A stretch of 64,000 nucleotides of DNA. Source: Candidatus Krumholzibacteriota bacterium (GTDB lineage Bacteria > Krumholzibacteriota > Krumholzibacteriia > JAJRXK01). The notes below the pieces were generated by a model. The model ran no database searches, was not told where the DNA came from, and was given only the letters and a program-made list of their open reading frames with translations. Positions 41,521-50,663 of the stretch are shown here, piece by piece; the stretch's first letter is position 1; each line of letters starts with the position of its first letter. A program made the position numbers and the translations under genes. The stretch covers positions 32,001 to 96,000 of the forward strand of contig CAVSGG010000003.1 in NCBI GenBank assembly GCA_963727455.1. Reading direction: 5' to 3'.

Positions 41521-43704
41521 CTAGGAGGCGGGTGACACAAATCCGCCGCTTTGAGGCCCCGGACCGTTCACGCCCAGAGCCTGAAGCAGGGAATGCAGCG
41601 CGCCCCAGTGGAAGGGTTCGAGCCAGCAAGCGTCCGCGCCGGTGCGCTGGACGAGTGCCTCGGCATGCTGACGCTCCACCGAAGTGCTGAGAATCAAGGG
41701 AGTGGAGGAAAACGCGCGTCTCAAATCGGCGAAGCCGGCCGCATCCTCGCGACCCAGCCGCAGATCGCTCAGCACGAAAGCGAGCCGCGCTCCTTCCACC
41801 ATCGAGATTCCGCGGGCGATGTCCTGCGCCGCGGTGACCTCATAGCCCCTCAGTTCGAGGATCCGCGCCAACTCGCGCCGGCGGAATTCGCTGTGGTTCA
41901 CCAAGAGCACCCTTCGAGTGACGGGAGCAGCGGGCTCCTGTTGCGCGCTTGGCGCAGCGGGCTCTTGAAATTCGGGATACATGTCCAGCATCGGATCGTG
42001 GACGCTGCCCGGCTCGGCCGCTTCCGGCATGGCCATGCGCAGGCGCAGAAGACGTGCGATGCTCAAAAGTGGAAGGGTCTTCCCCTGACGCCGTACCAGC
42101 TTGGTGGACACTTCGTCCCAGCCGTCCAGGGTCTCGTTGCTCGCCTCGAGCGCCATGTTCTCCGACAATCCGTAGCAGTAAATCCCCAGGCGCTTCTCCA
42201 CCGAGCCGACAATGACGATGCCCGTGGCTTCCTCCGCCATGGGATCGACCCCGGCCACGTACTGGGCGAGGTCGACCAAAGGGACGGTGTGTCCATTGCG
42301 GATGAAATGTTCTCCGTCGGTGTCACGATGAAAAAGCAGGCCGTCCGTACTCAGATACTCGTCGATCAGCAATCCCGGAAGCGCGGCCTGAACCGAACCC
42401 AGGTCCACCAACTTGACCACGGGATGCTGCGGATCGCGGGGCAAGCTGAGCACGAAACGCGTGCCCGGCTGATCGGCCGGTTCGACGACGATGATTCCGT
42501 GCAGCTCCTCGATGAGTCTTCGGCAGCGTCGTAGGCCGCGGTACAGACCCAGAGGATCGGAGTGGGTGAGCGCGGGCGTGCCCTCGAGCTGGGGCCCGTT
42601 GTCGCGCAGGGAAATCCGCAGGCGATCGCTCTCGCCGCTCAGATGAAGTTCGAGCCGTCCGCGTGGTGGCGCATCTTCCTCCTGCAACATCTGATCTAAG
42701 ATGTCGCAGGAATCCTCCAAGAGATGATCGACCACCCGGTTCAGTTTGCGTTCCACCGCAGAGTCGAGCGTGCACTGCAAGACGCCGCGCACGCGGTAGT
42801 CAAGTCGTCCTTGGAGCGCGTTGCGACGCTCTTCCAAAAGCAGGGCCACTTTGCGCACGAAGGGATCGTCCGACTCGTCGAGGGTGGATTCCACCGTGGT
42901 GGGAGGCGCCGTTTCGATGGAAGCCGTCTCCTCCTCGATCGTGGCAGCGCTCTCTTCAGGAGGACTCGGATCCGGCGCACTCTCGAGCTGCAAGAATTCA
43001 CTGAGGGTCGTTTGGAGCTGCGTGAGCTTCTCGCGCAGCTCGCGTCGGGAGCGCAATCTCTCCCTGAGCTCCTCATCGACCGTGCCCAGACACTGCGTGA
43101 GTTCCTCTGCGCTTTTTAGGATGGGTTCCTGGGGATCGCTCGGGTTCGTCTCTCGCTCACCCTGCGCGGAAGACTCGAGTTCCGCCGAAGGCCGCGGAGT
43201 TTCCTCCACGCTCGCGTCCTCGTCTTCGCTCGTTGCGAGTGTCGGCTCGTCCTTTTCGTCCGCGATCTCCTCGAGGTCCAGGATCTTCTTGGCCGCGGCG
43301 CCCTCTTGGTTGTGACGGAGCAGAGCGCGCAGCTCGCCGATCTGTTGCTCGAAGGGGCTCAGGTCCGCGTCGTCCTGCTGAGACTCGAGATGGCGCAGGA
43401 GTTCTTCTTCGAACTCGATGACTCCGTCGAGAATGAGTTCTTGGGTGGGGGAGGTTGGCCGCTCGCTGCGCTGGATGCTCTGCAGCCATTGCAGAAATTC
43501 TTCCAGAAAAGCGGGGAGGCTCGACAGACGCAGCGCGCGGGCTCCACCGGCCAAAAGACGGGTGGCCATGACGGCGCGCTTGATCGCGACGAGATCCGAA
43601 CGGTTGGACTCCGCTCCTGTGAGAAGACGCAGCCGGCCGATCTGCTCGGAGATTTGCTCCGAGAAGAGATGGATCTGCAGCGGCTGCGATGAGTTCTCCG
43701 GCAT
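41521..43704 (-). CDS. Degenerate CheA-like protein (Hpt-HATPase-CheW-REC architecture)
   Basis: ATRLLAGGARAL (Hpt-like), HLLEDS/LRDNG/GTRFVLSLP (HATPase-like), NGHTVPLVDL (CheW-like), C-terminal receiver. Confidence 0.78.
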   Translation of the reverse strand: MPENSSQPLQIHLFSEQISEQIGRLRLLTGAESNRSDLVAIKRAVMATRLLAGGARALRLSSLPAFLEEFLQWLQSIQRSERPTSPTQELILDGVIEFEEELLRHLESQQDDADLSPFEQQIGELRALLRHNQEGAAAKKILDLEEIADEKDEPTLATSEDEDASVEETPRPSAELESSAQGERETNPSDPQEPILKSAEELTQCLGTVDEELRERLRSRRELREKLTQLQTTLSEFLQLESAPDPSPPEESAATIEEETASIETAPPTTVESTLDESDDPFVRKVALLLEERRNALQGRLDYRVRGVLQCTLDSAVERKLNRVVDHLLEDSCDILDQMLQEEDAPPRGRLELHLSGESDRLRISLRDNGPQLEGTPALTHSDPLGLYRGLRRCRRLIEELHGIIVVEPADQPGTRFVLSLPRDPQHPVVKLVDLGSVQAALPGLLIDEYLSTDGLLFHRDTDGEHFIRNGHTVPLVDLAQYVAGVDPMAEEATGIVIVGSVEKRLGIYCYGLSENMALEASNETLDGWDEVSTKLVRRQGKTLPLLSIARLLRLRMAMPEAAEPGSVHDPMLDMYPEFQEPAAPSAQQEPAAPVTRRVLLVNHSEFRRRELARILELRGYEVTAAQDIARGISMVEGARLAFVLSDLRLGREDAAGFADLRRAFSSTPLILSTSVERQHAEALVQRTGADACWLEPFHWGALHSLLQALGVNGPGPQSGGFVSPAS

Positions 43705-43737
43705 GGGTCCCCGCCCCCCTCGTCGAGCAACCTGCGC

Positions 43738-44574
43738 TTAAAGTTCGACGGCCCCGAACTCGTTTAGATCATAGATACGCTCGTCGCGGGTCGCCTTCGT
43801 CGGCACGGCGGATAGCTCCACCGCGCCGAAGGAGCTGAGATCATACACTGGTTCCTCCTCGCGCGTGGACTCGGTGCCCGCAGAATCCGCGGAAACGGGG
43901 CGCGCATCGGCGGCGACCGCCGCTTGCGGGGCGGCAAAGCCCTCCGAGACGGCGGGGCCAGGCGCGGATGGCGCCGGGGCCTGCGGCTGGGGGTGGAAAA
44001 GCTCCTCGTGAACCGCGGCCAGTTCTTCCTCGGCCGATTTCGGGGGCATTTCGCGCGTCGCGGCGTCTTGGACCCCGGTCTGAAGCGTTTGTGAGGACAA
44101 GGGGTCCTGCGCGGGTGCCGCGTCTTGCGAATCGGCCGCGCTCTCTGCGGGGGGCGATTCCGGGGCCTTAGCCTTCGCGCGCGCCTCCTCCACGAGCTTG
44201 CGATCCTCGCGCCAGCGCTCAAGAATCGCGACCAGGGTGGGTTCGTCCTGGAAAGCTGCCAAATCCACCGCGCCGGGATCGTCGATCTTGGCCGCCTTCT
44301 TCATGAGATTGCGGCGCTGCCGACCCTCGTTTGCAACGAGATTGGCCGGTTGCGCTGCCGTCACCACTGCCAGATAGCCCAGAAGACCCAGCAAGGCCAC
44401 GCCGCCGCAGACGGCGTAGAAATTCCGCAGGGCGATGGAATCCGAGAAATCCAGATGGCCTCCGAAATAGGTGAAATACGCGTAGATGAGGCCGAAACCA
44501 CAGGATGCGACGAGTAAGAAGACGAAGAGCCCCAGCTTCCAGGGCGAGGTGACAACGATTCTCTGCGCCGACAC
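43738..44574 (-). CDS. Hypothetical 2-TM protein with low-complexity tail and tandem C-terminal motif
   Basis: RBS AAGGAG, GTG start, two TM helices, Pro/Ala/Glu linker, VYDLSSFGAVEL and IYDLNEFGAVEL. Confidence 0.75.
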   Translation of the reverse strand: MSAQRIVVTSPWKLGLFVFLLVASCGFGLIYAYFTYFGGHLDFSDSIALRNFYAVCGGVALLGLLGYLAVVTAAQPANLVANEGRQRRNLMKKAAKIDDPGAVDLAAFQDEPTLVAILERWREDRKLVEEARAKAKAPESPPAESAADSQDAAPAQDPLSSQTLQTGVQDAATREMPPKSAEEELAAVHEELFHPQPQAPAPSAPGPAVSEGFAAPQAAVAADARPVSADSAGTESTREEEPVYDLSSFGAVELSAVPTKATRDERIYDLNEFGAVEL

Positions 44575-44633
44575 GGCTGATCTCCTTGGAGGATAGTTCT
44601 GAGCACAAGCGGAACGTCCGACACCGGATCAAA

Positions 44634-44649
44634 GGCAAGATGGATGCCA
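44634..44649 (-). promoter_or_regulatory. sigma54 (-24/-12) promoter for the 2-TM/pseudo-CheA operon
   Basis: TGGCATCCATCTTGCC, GG-N10-GC, 59 bp upstream of the GTG. Confidence 0.68.
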
Positions 44650-44815
44650 CCGGCAGCCTTGGGTGAGGAGGGAAAGGAAGAGACGCAATTCCCGCGCATG
44701 CGCCCGAAATCGGCCATTTGCGGTCGTAACCCCCTCTGAAGCCCTTCGCGCGCCCCCTCTTTAGCGCTCCGCGTCGGCCTGGCGCGGCTCGGAACGAGCC
44801 GCCCGCTTGCCCGGC

Positions 44816-44831
44816 TGGCACGCCTCCTGCC
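44816..44831 (+). promoter_or_regulatory. sigma54 (-24/-12) promoter for the divergent hypothetical gene
   Basis: TGGCACGCCTCCTGCC, GG-N10-GC, 49 bp upstream of the ATG. Confidence 0.6.
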
Positions 44832-44880
44832 AGATTGCCTGAAAGGGCGGCCGATTGCCCGGCCGTCGGAAGGAAGGGCC

Positions 44881-45678
44881 ATGGTGCAACGCCGTTACCT
44901 CTTGCTCGATTCTGCGGAATCCTCGCGGGCGCCCCTGGAAGGGGACACCGAGGACTTCCTGCTGCGCTGCCTCTTGGGAGCACGGCGCGAGGCCTCCTTC
45001 CCCAGCAACGAGGGCGGTTTCGACGAGGACGTCAACGTGTATCTGGTGGGCCTCTTGGGTCGCTTCTTCTCATCGGGCTACCATGAGGAGGCGCGGCTCT
45101 ACGTGCACTCCTTCGATCTGGACCTGAGGCGGTGTGTCGAAGAGAGCCAGGATCCGCGCCAGATCTACCGACTCTACAAGGTCAACGCCGACCATCTGCT
45201 CCTGGCCATCGGCCTCTTCCAGAGCGTCGAGGGGCTCCAGCAGGGCGCGCGGCCCTACCTCGAGCGGCAGGCTCGCGAGCTGGAAGGCCGCGGCGGTCTC
45301 TACTATCAAATCGCCAGTTCGCGCCTGCGTCACCTCAAGCGCAGCGGCAGCGGCACCGAAACGGCGCTCAGCAAATTGGGAGACGGTTTTTCTCGCTACG
45401 CGGAGGTGTTGCGCTATCTGCGTTCGAGCTACTTCCAACTCACCCGGCGATTGGGCGAGGGAACGCTCTACCATCTCGCGCGCGCCACCGAGAAAGCGGA
45501 TCCCCCCACCACCTCCACTCAGGAACTCTACGATCTCTTTCTGGATCGCTATTCGGAGTGGCGCAAGAACCCCGACGCCGAGCGCCGCGAGGCCCTGGCG
45601 CGCGCGGCGGAGCGTCTACGCGAGGCGGACGATTCCTTCCATTTTGAAGTTCCTGGAGAAGACGAGCCCGGGGCCTGA
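44881..45678 (+). CDS. Hypothetical, probably all-alpha cytoplasmic protein
   Basis: RBS GGAAGG, typical GC3-rich codons, globular composition; no family recognised with confidence. Confidence 0.72.
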   Translation: MVQRRYLLLDSAESSRAPLEGDTEDFLLRCLLGARREASFPSNEGGFDEDVNVYLVGLLGRFFSSGYHEEARLYVHSFDLDLRRCVEESQDPRQIYRLYKVNADHLLLAIGLFQSVEGLQQGARPYLERQARELEGRGGLYYQIASSRLRHLKRSGSGTETALSKLGDGFSRYAEVLRYLRSSYFQLTRRLGEGTLYHLARATEKADPPTTSTQELYDLFLDRYSEWRKNPDAERREALARAAERLREADDSFHFEVPGEDEPGA

Positions 45679-45684
45679 GACGAT

Positions 45685-46518
45685 TCAGCGCTCACGCAGG
45701 AAATTCAAGACCTCTTCGTGCAGCGCTTCCTTGGGGGCCTCGTCCATGAAGACGTGTCCCCCGCTTTCGAATTCGCGCAGCACGGTGTGGTCGCTGGTGG
45801 ATTGCTTGCGCAGGAAGCGCAGACTGCTCGCGTCGACGCGCGGGTCGTCGCGGCAGATCGCCCCGTAGATGGGAGTCTTCTGCCACCAATCGCTTTTGCG
45901 CGCCTGTTCGATTCCCTCCAGCACTTCCACTTTCCAACCCAGACGCCGCCGCACCCAGCGACTGCGGTGCAGCCCCAGCGCCAGCGCGAGGCGGGCCCGC
46001 CAACCCAGGTGGATGTGAATGGCCGGCGCGAGCAGAATGAGCGAACGCGGACGCGGCCGAACATTCATCTGCAGCGCGACGGAAGCACCGAAGCTGAAGC
46101 CGACCACGTGGAGCTGACGGCACCACACGGCCAGCATGCGGTAACGCAATTCGGCCTCCACCAGCCAGGCGCGCCACGAGTGGGTGGAGAGTTCCTCATC
46201 GCCCGCCGGATGCGCCGGCATGCGCGCACAGAGCACCGAAAATCCGGCGCGGTGCAGGGCTTCGGCCAGGCTCTTCAGCTGCTTGGGGCCCCCGGTGCTG
46301 CCGTGCAGCAGCAAAACGCCGCCGCGGGAGCGCTCGTTCACCTTGAGGAACGCGCGGTCCTCGCTCGCGATGCCGAGGGCCTCTTCGGTGAGCGCGGTCT
46401 GCTGGGCGTAGGCCCGCAGGAGCGCGAGGCGGCTGCGCGGGTCGCCCTGGCCTTCCTTGATGTGGTTTTCCAGTTCCCAGATGTTCTTACCCAGAATCTG
46501 TTCGGTATCCTCGCTCAC
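45685..46518 (-). CDS. Alpha/beta hydrolase (carboxylesterase-like)
   Basis: LLLHGSTG, GFSFG nucleophile, DDPRVD, GGHVF; GTG start inferred. Confidence 0.85.
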   Translation of the reverse strand: MSEDTEQILGKNIWELENHIKEGQGDPRSRLALLRAYAQQTALTEEALGIASEDRAFLKVNERSRGGVLLLHGSTGGPKQLKSLAEALHRAGFSVLCARMPAHPAGDEELSTHSWRAWLVEAELRYRMLAVWCRQLHVVGFSFGASVALQMNVRPRPRSLILLAPAIHIHLGWRARLALALGLHRSRWVRRRLGWKVEVLEGIEQARKSDWWQKTPIYGAICRDDPRVDASSLRFLRKQSTSDHTVLREFESGGHVFMDEAPKEALHEEVLNFLRER

Positions 46519-46622
46519 GCCCTTGGTCCTCGTCTTGGTTCGTTCGGGTTTTCGTCCTTGGCGGCTCTGAAGACGGGCTAATGTAGCACAGCTGCGCCTC
46601 CAGCGCGCCCTTTCCTCGTCTC

Positions 46623-47831
46623 TCAACTGGCGCGCGCCGCGCCGGCCGCCAGCCGGATGAGATCCTGCGCCATGAGAGACTTGAGCTCGGCCTCGTTCTC
46701 GCGCTGCAAGGCCGCTTTCAACTCGAAAGCCCCGGTCGGATCCCCCAGTTCGGCCAAATACCAGCTGGCCGTCTCGCGCAGCACCGGCGAGGGGTCCTTC
46801 AGGAGCGCGCGGGCCGCATCGAGGCAATCCGAACGCCTCAGGTTGGCGGCCACGATGAGGGCGTTGCGCAAGAGGCCCTCGCGGCGCGGGCGCCACAGGG
46901 GCGTACTCTTGAAGCGGCGCCGGAAATTTTCTTCGTTCAAACCGAGCAGTTCGGGCAGGGTGATTCCGCTCACTGCGGGTCCCGCCGCGGTGAAGTCCTC
47001 CTGCGCGGGATCCTGCCCGCGGCGGTTCGCGCGGTGCGCGATGGGACACGAGCTCTGGCAGAGATCACAGCCGAAGAGCCACGCTCCCATCGAGGGACGC
47101 AGCGCGCGCGGAATGGTGCCGCGATGTTCGATGGTCAGATAGCTGATGCAGCGGCTGCTGTCCAGAACTCCCGGAGCTACGAAGGCATCGGTGGGACAGG
47201 CGGGTTGGCAGGCGCGGCAAGTGCCGCAAGAGCCCATGGCGCGCTCCTCCTGAAGCGGCCCCACCGACAACTCCAGGTCGCAGACCATCACGCCGAGAAA
47301 GGCCCAGCTCCCGTGCCTCGCACTCAAGAGCAGTCCGTTCTTTCCCAGCCAACCCAAACCCGCGGCTGCCGCGAGCTGGCGCTCGAGCGCGGGACCGGTG
47401 TCGACATAGGCGTGCCGTTTCACAGGACGCGGTGACAGAGCGGACTCCAGGCGATTGCCGAGTTCCTCCAGACGCTCCAGGAGGATTTGATGATAGTCCT
47501 TGCCGCGCGCGTAGCTGGACACGAAGGGGGCAATGCCGTGTTCCTCATCCAAAGGCAAGAGGCGCGCGGGATACGCGCTGGCTACCATCAGCACCGACCG
47601 GGCCCAGGGAAAACGCTTGCGCAGATCCAAACGGACCTCGGCGCTGCTCTTCAGCCATTCCATCTGGGCCTGGTAGTCCTTGGCAAGCCAGTCCCGCAGA
47701 CGCGACTCCTCCTGTGGCAAAGCACAGGGAGCCACCCCGGCGGCGGAGAAGCCGCACTCTGAGGCGAGCTTGGAAATCAGGAGACGTGTCGCCGCTTCCT
47801 CCGGCGTGATGCCGTCTCCCTCGGGTTTCAT
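46623..47831 (-). CDS. queG: Epoxyqueuosine reductase
   Basis: YARGKDYH, VDTGPALER, GWLGKN, CGTCRACQPACPT, CISYLTIE, FGCDLCQSSCP. Confidence 0.95.
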   Translation of the reverse strand: MKPEGDGITPEEAATRLLISKLASECGFSAAGVAPCALPQEESRLRDWLAKDYQAQMEWLKSSAEVRLDLRKRFPWARSVLMVASAYPARLLPLDEEHGIAPFVSSYARGKDYHQILLERLEELGNRLESALSPRPVKRHAYVDTGPALERQLAAAAGLGWLGKNGLLLSARHGSWAFLGVMVCDLELSVGPLQEERAMGSCGTCRACQPACPTDAFVAPGVLDSSRCISYLTIEHRGTIPRALRPSMGAWLFGCDLCQSSCPIAHRANRRGQDPAQEDFTAAGPAVSGITLPELLGLNEENFRRRFKSTPLWRPRREGLLRNALIVAANLRRSDCLDAARALLKDPSPVLRETASWYLAELGDPTGAFELKAALQRENEAELKSLMAQDLIRLAAGAARAS

Positions 47832-48424
47832 CGCGCCGTGGTTTGTGCTGCGATTCCGTGATCGAGAATTCCCATCATCGTGCGGACCAGTTCTTCGGGG
47901 GAGCCGTCACGCTGGGGGCTATACCAAGTATAGATCCAGTTGATCATGCCGAAGACCGAGAGAGTCGCACGCCGGCGCTCCTCTTCCTCCCAAGCACCGC
48001 CGCTCAATTCGTCGATGACCTTGGACACGATCTGGTAGTACTCCCGCTTCATGTCGTCGATGTGTTGCCGATAGCCCCCGTCCAGAGAATTGGCCTCGTG
48101 ACTCAACACACGCATCTCGGTGACGTTTTGCGTGAAGAACTCCAGATGATTGCGCACGATCTCCTCGAGCTGGCGCCGCGGATCACTGATTCCCGCAAGG
48201 CGTTCCTTGAGACGGTCCAGCACTTCGCGGAAGCAGAAACTCTGGATGGAGAAGAGGATCTCCTCCTTGCCGGAAAAGTAGTGATACATCCCGGCCAGTG
48301 ACATGCCGGTGACCTTGGCGATGTCGCGCATGGACGCGTGATGGTATCCCTTCTCGCTGAAGACCTGGGCGGCACCGCTCAATACCACGCGCGATTTTTC
48401 GTCGTGTTTCTTGGCTTGATCCAT
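47828..48424 (-). CDS. TetR/AcrR-family regulator
   Basis: FSEKGYHHASMRDIAKVTGMSLAGMYHYFSGKEEIL; GMINWIYTWY. Confidence 0.92.
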   Translation of the reverse strand: MDQAKKHDEKSRVVLSGAAQVFSEKGYHHASMRDIAKVTGMSLAGMYHYFSGKEEILFSIQSFCFREVLDRLKERLAGISDPRRQLEEIVRNHLEFFTQNVTEMRVLSHEANSLDGGYRQHIDDMKREYYQIVSKVIDELSGGAWEEEERRRATLSVFGMINWIYTWYSPQRDGSPEELVRTMMGILDHGIAAQTTAR

Positions 48425-48513
48425 GGCAGTCCATCCTCAATGGAGACGCAGATTCGAACCGACTATCCGCCTCCGCCCAAAGGTCGCGCGGGCTGAGCCC
48501 CGCGCGCACGAGC

Positions 48514-49974
48514 CTAGGCCGAGGGGTAGTTGGGGGCTCCCTTGGTGACCTGGACGTCATGGGGATGACTCTCCCGCAATCCGGCCGGGCTCACCCTTAG
48601 GAATGTCGTATCTGATTTTAAGGTCTCCAAATCTTTTGCCCCGCAATAACCCATTCCGGCGCGCAATCCGCCCATCAACTGGTGCACCGTATCCTTGAGG
48701 GGACCCTTGAAGGCCACGCGACCCTCGATTCCCTCCGGCACCAGTTTGGCCGCCTCCGTTTCGTCCTGGAAGTAGCGGTCTCCCGAGCCCTGCTGCATCG
48801 CCCCCACCGAACCCATTCCCCGGTAGACCTTGTAACTGCGGCCTTCGTAGAGAATCAACTCGCCCGGGCTCTCCTGGGTGCCGGCCAAGAGCCCGCCCAC
48901 CATGACGCAGTTCGCTCCGGCGGCCAGGGCCTTCACGATGTCTCCGCTGTACTTGATGCCCCCGTCGGCGATGAGGGGAATGCCGGCTCCGCCGCAGACT
49001 TTCGCGACCTCCCAGATGGCGCTGATCTGAGGCACCCCGATCCCGGCCACCACGCGAGTGGTGCAGATGCTGCCCGGTCCCATGCCCACTTTCACGGCAT
49101 CACAGCCGGTATCCAGCAGCGCCCGCGCGGCCTCCTGGGTCGCGATGTTGCCCACCACGAGCGGCAGCTCGGGATACTGCCTCTTGATGAGCCGCGCGGC
49201 CTGCAGGATGTTGCGGCTGTGTCCGTGCGCGGAGTCGAGGGCGATCACGTCCACTCCCCGTTCCACCAGCCGCTCCAGGCGTTCCTCGAGCAGAGGATCG
49301 GCCCCCACCGCCGCGCCGGCACGCAGGCGCCCGTGCTCGTCCTTGCAGCTGTTGGGGTAGTCCAGCTTCTTCTGGATGTCCTTGATGGTAATGAGCCCGC
49401 GCAGCATCCCTTCTTCGTCGACCACCGGCAGTTTCTCGATGCGGCCGCTGTGCAGAATGCGCGCGGCTTCCTTCAGGGTGGTGCCCACCGCTGCGGTGAT
49501 GAGATTTTCTTTCGTCATCACCGCCTCGATCGGCTGGTGGGGATCCTCCAGGAAGCGTAGGTCGCGGTTGGTCAGGATGCCCACCAACTTGCCTTCGCGG
49601 GTGATGGGCACTCCGGAAATGCGGAACTTCCGCATGACCTCCAGGGCCTGGGTCACCTGATCCTCGGGGCTCAGGGTGATGGGCCGGCTGATCATCCCGC
49701 TCTCGCTGCGTTTGACCCGGTCGACCTGATTGGCCTGTTCCTCGGGGCTCATGTTCTTGTGGATGAAGCCCAGTCCCCCCTGACGGGCCATGGCAATGGC
49801 CATCTCCGCCTCGGTCACGGTGTCCATGGCGGCCGAGACCAGGGGGATCTCCAGGGAGATCTGCCGGGTTAGGTAGGTTTGCACTTTTGTTTCACGTGGT
49901 AGGACTTCGCTGTAACGCGGTACCAGGAGGACGTCGTCGAAGGTGAGTCCCTCACCCTGGATTCTATCGCTCAT
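48514..49974 (-). CDS. guaB: IMP dehydrogenase
   Basis: [20 protein letters not shown] pair, [29 protein letters not shown]. Confidence 0.98.
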   Translation of the reverse strand: MSDRIQGEGLTFDDVLLVPRYSEVLPRETKVQTYLTRQISLEIPLVSAAMDTVTEAEMAIAMARQGGLGFIHKNMSPEEQANQVDRVKRSESGMISRPITLSPEDQVTQALEVMRKFRISGVPITREGKLVGILTNRDLRFLEDPHQPIEAVMTKENLITAAVGTTLKEAARILHSGRIEKLPVVDEEGMLRGLITIKDIQKKLDYPNSCKDEHGRLRAGAAVGADPLLEERLERLVERGVDVIALDSAHGHSRNILQAARLIKRQYPELPLVVGNIATQEAARALLDTGCDAVKVGMGPGSICTTRVVAGIGVPQISAIWEVAKVCGGAGIPLIADGGIKYSGDIVKALAAGANCVMVGGLLAGTQESPGELILYEGRSYKVYRGMGSVGAMQQGSGDRYFQDETEAAKLVPEGIEGRVAFKGPLKDTVHQLMGGLRAGMGYCGAKDLETLKSDTTFLRVSPAGLRESHPHDVQVTKGAPNYPSA

Positions 49975-50029
49975 CGGAGCTCAGCTCCCGCGGATGGGTG
50001 CGACGCAAGGGGAACGGCAGGTGGCCGGT

Positions 50030-50058
50030 AGAATAGGCCCGGGAAGGGACAGGGTCAA
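50030..50058 (-). promoter_or_regulatory. sigma70-type promoter for guaB
   Basis: TTGACC-17-TATTCT. Confidence 0.6.
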
Positions 50059-50081
50059 CCGACGCGCCCGCGCCGCGGGCT

Positions 50082-50621
50082 TCAGGGCTGTACGGACTTC
50101 ACCTGGGCGGAGAAGATGACCGCCACCGTGACGTGCTTGCCCTGCGGGAGGTCGACTCCAGACGCGTCGGTCTCGCAGGCGGGAAAGTTGACGGTGCCCT
50201 CCACCTGCGCCGGATTGACCTTGGTGAAGACCAGAAGGCCGTCGCTGTCGTCGGTGCGGAAATCCTGGCGCGTGTCCGCCGAACGCACCGTCAGCTGGCC
50301 ATGCCAGGCGTTTTCCAGCGCGTTGTTGACGGGGAACGAGGCCTTGCGAACGATCAGATCGCCCACCGGCCCACTCAGGCTGAGGGTGCTCCCCCCCTGC
50401 ATCTCGAAACCGAGGCTCAGGCGGGCGTCGCTGCCGCCCGTGGGCACCATGAGCTCGGCGACATCGCCTTTGGCCTGCGATTGCAGGTCGCCGGTGATCG
50501 ACCACTGCACCGCATAGTCGCTGGGCGGCGGCGGCTCGAAGGTCTCCTCATCCTTCGAACCGCAGGCTACGAGAAACAGGACCAGGGCACAGAGGGAAAA
50601 CGACATTCCACGGGCGTGCAT
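50082..50621 (-). CDS. Hypothetical lipoprotein
   Basis: RBS AAGGAA, lipobox LVAC, beta-rich mature part. Confidence 0.7.
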   Translation of the reverse strand: MHARGMSFSLCALVLFLVACGSKDEETFEPPPPSDYAVQWSITGDLQSQAKGDVAELMVPTGGSDARLSLGFEMQGGSTLSLSGPVGDLIVRKASFPVNNALENAWHGQLTVRSADTRQDFRTDDSDGLLVFTKVNPAQVEGTVNFPACETDASGVDLPQGKHVTVAVIFSAQVKSVQP

Positions 50622-50663
50622 GACGGTTCCTTTCCCGACGCGCGCAAGCTTCGCGTGCGTCAC

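Noticed and set aside
41521-43704. Pseudogene call for the CheA-like gene
   Set aside because: ORF is intact for 727 codons with no frameshift or stop, and has an RBS-like GAGGGGG
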